A stretch of DNA of 64,000 bases from contig NC_068991.1 of the NCBI RefSeq assembly GCF_001194135.2, positions 7,209,615 through 7,273,614 of the forward strand. Direction: 5' to 3'. Of this stretch, positions 54,818 to 64,000 are shown in pieces. The notes beneath the pieces are model-generated. The model searched no databases and was not told the origin of the DNA. It worked only from the letters and a program-made list of their open reading frames with translations. Position 1 is the first letter of the stretch; each line of letters starts with the position of its first letter. Made by a program: the position numbers and the translations under genes. Origin of the DNA: Octopus bimaculoides (Eukaryota).

Positions 54818-55245
54818 TCAGGTCATCCCATAAGTTCTGTCCAAATTTTGAATAAAGAAAACAAGTGATCAAATGTTATATTTTTATTGAAATTTGATCA
54901 TCAATGTACTTTCCCTGATTATCTATGACTACCTTCCATCTAATAACAAGCTTTTTAATCCCATCAATGTAAAACTCTTTTGGTTTCAAAGTGAAGAACT
55001 CTGACATGTCAGTTTCGACCTCCTCCTGGCTTGTGAAAATTATGTCCCCCAAATGATTCTGTAAACTATGAAACAAATGGTAGTCTGAAGGAGCAAGGTC
55101 AGGAGAATATGGTGGATGAGGAATTTTTTCCCAACCAAGCTCTTCGATCTTCTGTGATGTGATCTTTGCTGCAGTGTGGAGTCGCGCATTGTCCTGACGA
55201 AGCATCACTCACCTGCCTTCATCTTTTGTCTTCTGTAAATTTGAA
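54818..55245 (-). mobile_element. 5'-truncated mariner (DD34D) transposon
   Basis: ORF 54876-55208 has QDNARLH and HPPYSPDLAPSDYHLF; TA plus terminal repeat tcaggtcatcccataagttctgtcc at 54816-54842; left part missing, breaks at a (TA)n run. Confidence 0.92.
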
Positions 55246-56759
55246 CTATATATATATATATACACATTAATATATATATATGTATTAATGTGCATAAGTT
55301 TCCTTGTCTTGATATCACATTATAGTTGTGAATGAGTACCACTGACATGCAAGTCATGTCCCTGTTTCCAGTCTTCTATGAACATATATCTGTTCACAGG
55401 GAAATATCCCCTTACTTAGAAAAAGGTGAGGGTTGGCAGCAGGCATCTGGTTATAGAAAATCTGCCTCAACAAATTCGGTCCAACCTATGCAAGCATGCA
55501 ATGATGCATGTTAAAATGAAAAAACGATCATGATGATTCTGTGTCCACATTATGCCAGAAAAATTCCCTACACTAGATGTCATGTATCGAGCAATTTATA
55601 ACCATCACTTTATCATTTTCTTAGATAAATCCCATTTAATTTGTCCCAATACTTGTAATATTTGTCAAGATGGAAATGGTAAGATTTTTGCTCAAGAAGT
55701 TGACTTGAGCATCATTTCCCATTCTTTAAAGAAGGATAAATATAACATGATGAAATTTTTCAATACCATCCAAATAACCATAATGTCAGAAAATAAACCC
55801 TTTAATGCTACAGGAGTGAAAGAGAAATGAAGGAAGTATATGAATATACATTTACTTGAATGAGTAAAAAAAAAAAAGAAAAGAAATTAGTGTTACAAAA
55901 TCACAAATTTTAAGTGTGGAAACTTAGTCAACTGTGACTCGGTTGTTCATTTTATTATCTCCATAAAGATTAAATGACAGTTGTATAGCAATATGAATTG
56001 ACCTCAGTACTTGACTGATATTTCATCGACCCCAGGAGGATGAAAATTTGAGAATTAGATATTTTGTACAGATTTCAATTCTTTTAGGAACGAAATTAAC
56101 TGCTACTTTAAATCGAAATTAAGTTTTAAGAAATAATAACAAAGTATTTAGTTACTTCTCGCTTATAACCTTACGGAATAAAAAAAATTACGTTTCTATA
56201 GTCTAGCTACAGTTATCGCCCTTACATCGTCCCATCATAATTTAGGAAACGTTAGAGCGTCAAACAAAATGCCTTAAGGGTTTTTTTTTATGCCCTGAAT
56301 TCGTATCCTGAAGAGACCAACTTTGTCTTTCACCTTTCCAGGTTGATAAAATAAAGTGCCACTCAAATGCCAGCATCAATATGTTCAATAAAAGGCCAAT
56401 ATCTAATTTCACCCGAGAAAGGCTACCAACTTAACATAGATTCATGACAGGTGGTTATTATATAAAGTTCATTTTATTTCATGCTCTTTTAGAGATAGTT
56501 TAAAAAAAAAACAACAGTATCTCCATTTGCCCCCCCCCCCTTTTATCAAGGAAACATTGAACTGAATTATATTAACTTGTATCTAACGGTCTTAATGCAT
56601 ATAGCTATCCAGCTGTCTTGTCTCAAAGCTAAAATACCTGTTGTGTGTAATAAGGTAGACAAATCTTGATAGTTTTCTAATCTGGAGTTTCCTAGAAAAC
56701 CCACTGAATGTAGTAACTAAGATCGTTGAATCAAGAGGTTTCTTATAAAAAGTACGCAA

Positions 56760-57345
56760 CTACTGGATGATTTGCTCCAGTGTCGCAAGGAGGGACTGTG
56801 GTCACTTCAAGTTGAACAGGCTATTTATTAGTGCAGTATCAGATGTAGAGGTCACCTTCTTCATCAAGGTCTATGACTTGGTCCTTACGAATATCATGTT
56901 GAAAAAGATGGGGAAGAGAGTCAACGCGAATACGTTGCATTGCTTAATACTATCACGGGCTTCTGCGGCCCGCGGAACCTTTTGAACGGCACACCTAAAG
57001 AAAAATTACCTTGAAATTCTTTAGCAGTGCGGCCTGCTTAATGATGTGCCATGTTTCTGGGGGCTGCTTCACGAAAAAGTTTGCACATGCTTGCTTTACA
57101 CTGACTGTTATTCGGAAGGTCCCTAAGAGTTCGTAGAGTCTAACTCGACTACGCTGATCTTCCGGGAGTCGGATGACCATGTTTAGGAATTCGAAGCGTC
57201 ATCCTAGTCGCTCTATGATTTCCTACAGACCTTTCCTTCTTACAGTGTCGAACACTTTATTAAAGTCGACCAAATATCCTCTCTGTTTTGTTCCTTACAT
57301 TTCTCTTGGGGTTACTTGAGGACAAATACCACATCGAATTGCCTG
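56760..57345 (-). mobile_element. Decayed RTE-clade (BovB-like) LINE reverse transcriptase fragment
   Basis: DVVFVLK*PQEKCKEQN, VDFNKVFDTVRRKGL*EIIERLG, MVIRLPEDQ, VKQ/CNVFALTLFPIFFNM, DLDEEGDLYI*Y, SLFNLK...TLEQII follow RTE RT motifs in order. Confidence 0.85.
56951..57093. mobile_element. hAT-type MITE nested in the RTE fragment
   Basis: 8-bp flanking direct repeat CTTAATAC / CTTTACAC; right end AAAAAGTTTGCACATGCTTG, left end degenerate with GCGGCCCGCGG; removal restores SVKQCNVFALTLF. Confidence 0.7.
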
Positions 57346-57980
57346 GAAACAAATATTATTTTAACTCCAGAACTATCAATGATAATTATCAAAATAGTTC
57401 ACAATAAAATACATTGATGTGAAGAAACTTCACAATTAGAACATTGGAAGCAAATGGTACCAAATACATTTCACTGAGAAAAACATTTATATAAAATATA
57501 TTCGTTTAAATCTTGATGACTTCGGACGCGATGCTTGTCGTTGACCAATTAGAAAATAGATTTTTTTCCTTTCACATTTTCTCCGGGCGATTGCGTACAT
57601 TTAGTTTTGGAAGATCTTTCGAAATCTAAGTATTCGAAAATTTATTTAAAAACAAAAAAAAAACATTGTATCACNNNNNNNNNNNNNNNNNNNNNNNNNN
57701 NNNNNNNNNNNNNNNNNNNNNNNNNNNNNNNNNNNNNNNNNNNNNNNNNNNNNNNNNNNNACACACACACACACACACACACATTCTTTTGTATTTTTAT
57801 ACTTCTTTTATATTTATCTCAAATTATTTGATTAGTGATTTTACGGTTTTATTAAATTCGACATTTACTCGCCTACGAAATATTTCTCAGATTTTTGAAT
57901 GTTTGGATTTTACGTACCAAGAACGAATGATCTCTTGTTTTTCATAAAATACTGCTCGTCTTAAACAAAACAAGTCATCA

Positions 57981-58148
57981 AATTCCCCCTTTTGTTTATT
58001 ATATTAGGATAACAATTCCCCTTTTGTTTATTATATTAGGATAGCAATTCCCCTTTTAAAATAGCCAATTCCCCTCTTGTTTATTATATTAGGATAGCAA
58101 TTCCCCTTTTAAAATAGCCAATTCCCCCTTTTGTTTATTATATTAGGA
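57981..58148. repeat. Compound tandem repeat A-A-B-A-B-A
   Basis: A = aattcccc(c)ttttgtttattatattaggata(a/g)c (32-33 bp); B = aattccccttttaaaatagcc (21 bp). Confidence 0.92.
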
Positions 58149-58173
58149 AGTGACTTCATGTGAAAACACTTAC

Positions 58174-58290
58174 CGTGAAAAGAACTAAAAGAAAAAACAA
58201 AAACATTTTCCACCGGATGTGACCCGAGGCTCTCTGCGAATGTTGACATGACAAATCATCATTTAAACTGACCCTTCTGTCTCCACTCTG
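58174..58290 (-). promoter_or_regulatory. Candidate distal promoter/first exon (or 11-nt microexon)
   Basis: ETS-type CCGGATGT near 58213, donor CACG|gtaagt at 58173, within a second CpG-retaining zone (~56-60.8 kb). Confidence 0.35.
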
Positions 58291-60104
58291 CCACTTCACT
58301 ATTTAATCGAAACAGGTTGGTGGCAATTTATATTTCTATTAACATTTTGAATTATTTCTTTTATTCTTCTAAAAATAACCCTTGTGGAAATCGACCCAAA
58401 TTTCTTACAGCTCGTTTGTTATATTCTGTTCGTCTTATGGACAGAAATTTTCTTTGAACTTTTCTTCATCTACCTGTCTGTTATTTTCTATTATATCTAT
58501 CAGAGATATATATTTTCTTTTGAATATTATTGTTGACTATTTTATAATGTTGGCTTTCCCTGCGCTGCTGCAAAATAAATAATAAATAAATATCTTATAT
58601 AATATTAAGAATTATATCTAAACTAGTTGCACTACCCATTTTTTATTCAGACTTACTGCTTTGCTTAAATATCTAATGTTTACTTTTCCCCGTTAGTTAT
58701 AAACCCAGTAAACCAATGTAAATATTATAAGAATACGACAATAAACTAGCAATAATTGCATTTCTATCTCTAATTTATCTATTATACAGTTAGCCTTATT
58801 GGTCTTTCTAATCATCTTTTTCTTGCCATATGTCGTCTTAACGGTAGTTCGTTGTTTTCCATATCTGTAATATTAAAATTAAAAAAAGAGAATCGTACCG
58901 TTTGTAGACAGTATTGTTGATTTTAGACATAACCAATTAGGAATAACCGGAAGAATTAAGTTTGAAAAAAAAAAAAAGAAGAATTATAGAACATTTCCAT
59001 GAAATATTTCACGTGTGATTGTATTCGATTACTTTTCCAATTCACTTTCAGGTAATCTTTCTAGATGTATTGATTTCGTATTGAAATGTCCTTTACTCTT
59101 TTTATTTCTTTCAAGTCTGTTAATGGATCCTGTAGCTGACTGGAAATATATTTTGTGATTGTAAAATTAATTTCATTTAGACATTTTACGTATCCCGTTA
59201 CATTTTCCGTTATTCAACTTGCCCGTGTATAATTTAGTTTGTGAGACCATTTATTTCTCCAGACGAACGATTAAGCTGTCATATTTTGGTAATTACCTTG
59301 AGTAACATACATCTTATGGAATGAATATATATGTCTGACATAATTAATAGACATTTTCCATATCCACACTACCGGTCTTTCAGAATTTATACTTCAACGC
59401 AGAGCATCTGTACATTTTGTTTACTAATTCACCATACGGTTAAGCAGATCGGGCATCATACAAAAAAAAATAAGGCATGTTATTAAATAGTTCCAAGTAA
59501 CAACATAACCACTATTCTTCTTGGGATATAAAACCGAAGATTGTTTTTTAGGGGATGCATTTGCAAAGATCCTTGACGACATAATTGATATAGCTCCGAT
59601 TGGGAATCGAAAACAAAACCGATGATTCAGCTTGACCATAAATTATTGCCGTGACGTTGGTCAATTTTATTATATGAAGAAAACGACACACATAGAAATG
59701 GTTTATTCGAAAAAAAACTATTGCAGTCCGTTTATTGTGTGTGTGTGTGTTGGATCTGAGAGAACCAACGTAGCATGAATATGCCGGTTGATATTTTAGA
59801 AGGATAAACCCTCTTGGAGATTAACATTAAACCTCACATGTGGATATTATTATAAGTACTAGTAAATTATTATGCTACTGCAACCCCTACGCAACTTGTA
59901 GGTTTGTATAAAGCGACGAATATTTCTTGAAATTCAGGAATCAATATAATATATTGCCGGTCAAGATGTAAGGTGGATCTTAGGATTTAGGGCTGACTAT
60001 TAACCTCCCTCCTAAAAAGTTTTAGTGTGCTATATAAGAGATCGATATTTTTGAAATAGGTGAAATCAATATTTATTATACGATCATCCTATTCCCCGCC
60101 AGCT

Positions 60105-60740
60105 GCTCAAACCGTGTCTGTGCGGTTCAGGCGTTTGCTTTACGATCACGTTTCGGGTTCAGTTCCACTGCGCGGCACCTCGAGCAGATATCTTCATCTG
60201 TAGTCCTGGGTCAGTCAATGCTTTATGAATAAATTTATTTGGACGGATACTGCGCAGAAGATATTCTTGTGTGTCTTTCACTGCTTGACAATCGGTGTTG
60301 GTTGGTTTACGTCTCTGTAGCTTAGCAATCTGGCAAAAAAAAAAAACTGATAAATACCCAACAGGAGTCGATTTGATCACCTTAATTGCTTCAAGATGTT
60401 GCTTTGTCGGCGAAAGTAAAGAATACGTACACTCGGTGTTTAGGGTTTTTGTTATGCCGAAAACGGGTGGTGTACGTATTCTTTACCTCTGCCGGTTTAC
60501 CTACGTCTCTGTAACTTAACGATTCAGCAATAGAGACCGATAGAATAAGTACAATACTTTAAATAAGCTGTTCAAGGTGTTGGTTTGTTTACTTCCCCGT
60601 GACTTAGCGGTTCGGTATAGGTACCGGTGAAAGAAGTACCAGACTTAAAAATAAGTACTGGGGTCGATTTGTTCCACTAAAGCTTTCAAGGTGGTGTCAC
60701 AGCATGGCCGCAGTCCAGTCACTGAGGCAAGTAAAAGAAT
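60105..60740 (+). mobile_element. SINE family B composite copy carrying a MITE
   Basis: gggttcagttccactgcgcggcacc head; body interrupted at 60408-60494; tail gcaagtaaaagaat. Confidence 0.7.
60408..60494. mobile_element. Shorter copy of the same inverted-repeat MITE
   Basis: CGGCGAAAGTAAAGAATACGTACAC ... GTGTACGTATTCTTTACCTCTGCCG with residual TTTAGGG; inside a SINE. Confidence 0.75.
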
Positions 60741-61507
60741 GACGGTACACCTACATACCGAGATGTTTGGATATAAAAAAAAAATGTAAAATAATGGATG
60801 CAACAAAAAAGGAAAGGAAAGGACTTTGATTTGTAATTCGATAATTATTGATTTGCTTTATTTCAACTGAATGACCTTCAGTGTCACATACGTTAGGCAC
60901 AAATGTCGAATGTCGCAAGAGTTTACTTTGTCAGGACAGGCATTCTTTTTAAGAAGTATATCTAGTGACCTGGCATACTTTCAATTGTGAGAATGTGTGA
61001 AACAATACTTAAGAACTTTTAATAGAAACATCTGTTAGGTTTTTTTTTTTTGCTGTACAGATAGATTAATTTGACCAGCTTTGAAGTTAGTTTTCTAAGG
61101 TTCCTGTAATATATATATTGTTGTTGTTGGCCCCAATTCGGTCATGATTGAGTGGCCAAAGGCTTTCCAGTAAATAACCTTGACATTAATCTATTTGTAT
61201 GTCTCGGACTGTGGACGTGATTTAACTAACATTACTGCTATTTCTTGCAGGCTAAACAAAACCTAATATTGAAGTGGAGCTGGGGAGTGGGGATCTGTAC
61301 AACGGTAGTAGTAGTAGTAGTAGTAGTAAAAAATAAGTCTTTCTAATTTTGATTACAAGGCCAGTAGTTTTGAGGAGAGAAGGCAAGTCAATTATATCAC
61401 ACCCCTGCCCACTTAATTGGTACTTTATTGGTACTTAATTGGTACTTTATTTTATTGACCTGAAAAAGATGAAAGGCAAAGTTGACTGCAGTGGGATTAG
61501 AACTCAG

Positions 61508-61630
61508 GACACCTGATGAAGGCTGGAGGGTATATCAGCCGAAACATTGTGTTAACAACAAACAAGATGAGGACAAATATCCGTCAAATGTAAATAATGT
61601 ACATAATTCCTCATCTCTTAAGTATAGAAC
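61508..61630 (+). mobile_element. Penelope-like element terminal fragment with minimal hammerhead motif
   Basis: GACAC-CTGATGA-A-GGCTG(N10)CAGCC-GAAAC-ATT-GTGTT, followed by an AT-rich tail typical of PLE ends. Confidence 0.6.
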
Positions 61631-61849
61631 TGTATTCAATAGCACAAGCCAAAGATTTTTGGAAGTTATCCTGAGTTCCTGGCCTGAAAGTTCTCTGGAA
61701 CTGAGCTACCAGTTCATTATTGTTGATATATAGAACTTCTTTGTAATCTAAATATTACTAACATGGCACTTCCACCAACTTCCTTATCTGACTAGTAGGA
61801 GATGGTGAGTGTTTGACAACATTGCAAATGTCAGAAACCCAGTCTGATC

Positions 61850-62341
61850 TTTGCTTGATGCAGGGTTACTGCTCTGTCAAAAAGATGTGCCTTACAATCA
61901 GGGGCTGCACCTGTTCACCATCCAGGAATTTTTACACATGCCATAGTCTCAGTACATGGTTTGCACATCAACAGTTGCAACAATTTAGCCCCATCTCCAT
62001 GTGGAGAGTATTAGCAACAGGTGAACTGCCTGGCCAGCAGACTGCATCCTTTCCACAAAAAGCAGAAGTATAGATGGTCTAATCTGGTTAGATGTGTAGC
62101 AAAAGATGTTGTTGAGGTAGCAGATGAAATAGGCATGTGGATGATATCAAAGTAAAACAATGGGAAAGCATCGGATTGTGGTTTAAATAATTTAATCGAC
62201 ACTTGTATTTACATGTTGTCTACACAAGGAAAGCTGCTAATTTAGTCAATTGTAAGATAGAAATTTAAATGTAATAAAATGTTTTAAAAGAAATTTAAAG
62301 TGCCTACATGATAAGTGTAAACTTACTTTTGGGCCACCCTG

Positions 62342-62343
<2 letters not shown>
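61850..62343 (+). mobile_element. Highly decayed Tc1/mariner-superfamily 3' end
   Basis: Terminal cttacttttgggccaccctg-TA (reverse TA-CAGGGTGGCCC); traces QSGAAPVH and AWPAD upstream resemble the QQDGAPxH and WPxxSPD motifs. Confidence 0.4.
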
Positions 62344-62390
<47 letters not shown>

Positions 62391-62520
62391 CTGTCTGTCT
62401 ATAGGGAGCAGCTTTTTTTATGCATGCTTCATTAAATAACATGACCATATTCAAGTTTTATCTTTTATTTTTCATATTTATTAGTTGGTTTGAAACAATA
62501 GAATTCCTAAATCCGGTTTC

Positions 62521-62595
62521 ACCAGTCCTCAGTCAAATCGTCCAACCCATGCTAGCATGGAAAGCGGACGTTAAACGATGATGATGATGATGATA
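62521..62595 (+). mobile_element. Family A 3' tail only, young copy (others at 41224-41368 plus, 41767-41860 minus)
   Basis: ccagtcctcagtcaaatcgtccaacccatgctagcatggaaagcggacgttaaa is identical to the 30 kb copy. Confidence 0.85.
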
Positions 62596-62687
62596 TCCAA
62601 CAGTTCTAGATCATCAGTTTTATTATCTAGAATTGAATCGACTATACCTGGTATTTGTTTTGTTTCTTATATATTCGTTGCATTCAG

Positions 62688-62799
62688 GTAGACTTTCCCG
62701 CCAAAGGTTTATTGATGATTGGCATTATGCCTCAGCAGTCACATATTGATTTGGTGAGGTATAATTCTAAGTCAACAAACCTTTGGCGGGAAGGTCGAC
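62688..62799. repeat. Small inverted-repeat (MITE-like) element
   Basis: GACTTTCCCGCCAAAGGTTTATTGA / TCAACAAACCTTTGGCGGGAAGGTC, 23 of 25 complementary. Confidence 0.75.
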
Positions 62800-63009
62800 A
62801 TGAATTTAATCAGTAAAAAAAAGAAACAACACAAACATCAAATATACTCAGTTCAGTTCAGAACTGTGATATCTTGCATGCATTAATTTCAATTCATCTC
62901 ATTAATAACTGCATTGTTTCTTTCCAACTAAACTAACATCTAACTGTTCAAAGAAGACATCTAAAGTATCTAGTATCGACTTCTCTTGAAAAGCTAGTTA
63001 TTTGCACAT

Positions 63010-63420
63010 TGTTGTCGTCTTAGTAATATGCACACAGAATGATGCATCTTTGCTCCTGTGGTTTCCCAGGTCATGCTTTGACTGTGACTCCAAGATTCTA
63101 ATACCCCTGGTTCTGTGTATTCTGATTGCAGTCTGTTTGTGGACTGATAACAGAATGCTTGAAATCTTTCAACAAGGAACTGCATGTTTTTTTTTTCTCC
63201 AACCAGCGCACATGTCCACTACATTCAGGTTTTCTGTAGTTTTGCGTTATCCTCAGGATCTGTGTTACTTTTGTATCATCAACATAAGTGGTAAGAATGG
63301 CTGGAGGGATGACTGAAGCATATCTGAGAGAGCCACCAGATGCTGAAGTCATGATGTTTGTGACATATCATCCTGCAAGCTTTATTGAAGGCCTTGGCTA
63401 AATAAAGATATCTCGCATTC
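63010..63420 (-). mobile_element. Decayed CR1/L2-like LINE RT fragment
   Basis: NARYLYLAKAFNK (DFxKAFD), TYVDDTK (YADD), MQFLVERFQ and NLGVTV in order; internally deleted. Confidence 0.6.
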
Positions 63421-64000
63421 ACATTTAAATTCACATTCAAGTGTGTGTGTGCCTGCCTGCTTGTGTATCTGTGTACTTGTATGTAAACACGTTTGTTTAC
63501 ATCATCATCCACTTTCCTTGCTTCCTTAGATTGGCCCTGATGTCACTGATGTGTATGTGTTTACATATGTGTATATATATAACCACAGGTATGGGTGTGT
63601 GGTTAAGAATTTTGCGTCCCAGTTACTTGGCTTCTGGTTCAGTCCCATTTCAAGACTCCTGCCAAGTGCCTTCTGCTATAGCCCTAGGCCAGTCAAAGCC
63701 GTCTGAATTGATTTGGTAGATAGAAACTGAAAAGAAGCCTGTTTTGTGTGTGTGTGTGTTTTATATTCAATGTATATTACACATATTGAGCTGAATTCTG
63801 TTTGTTCTACCAAACCTGCATGCACCTACCTCCACACACACACACATGTATTGAGTTGAATTGAATTGATTTCAGCTCATGAGCTGTGGCCATGCTTAGG
63901 CATGTATATAATCTAACAGAGGTGTAGGTGTGACTGTGTGGTAAGAAGCTTGTTTCCCAACCACACGGTTCTGGGTTCAATCCCACTGCATGGCACTTTG

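Noticed and set aside
57981-58148. CRISPR-like array
   Set aside because: Units are directly adjacent with no unique spacers; eukaryotic context; no cas genes.

Overview
AT-rich, microsatellite- and SINE-dense animal genomic DNA with five N-gaps. The repeat families and (TA)n/(CA)n load look like an Octopus (coleoid cephalopod) assembly; this is inference, not a database result. The only host gene I can support is a group II p21-activated kinase (PAK4/5/6, mbt-like) on the minus strand. Four coding exons (15929-16129, 11080-11631, 6349-6495, 2795-2983) all have GT-AG, phase-0 junctions and splice into 363 codons covering the CRIB, the pseudosubstrate, the RSNSLR site and the kinase N-lobe up to the alphaC Glu. 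The remaining kinase exons lie left of the window. Candidate non-coding first exons/promoters for this gene sit at about 28.4, 35.6 and 58.2 kb. The rest of the window is transposon-derived: several tRNA-headed and RTE-tailed SINE families, piggyBac/Tigger/hAT MITEs, and fossils of Gypsy, HERO-type RLE LINE, mariner, RTE and CR1/L2-like elements. I did not find a clearly new biological system. The best leads are a ~295-bp palindrome wrapped around a tRNA-like Pol III promoter, a 152-bp-arm near-perfect hairpin, a Penelope-type minimal hammerhead ribozyme motif, a MITE with telomere-like internal repeats found twice inside SINEs, and an Arg-to-Gly change in the PAK kinase at what would be an ideal ADAR context. 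Repeat boundaries are read by eye and are approximate (tens of bp) unless termini are quoted.
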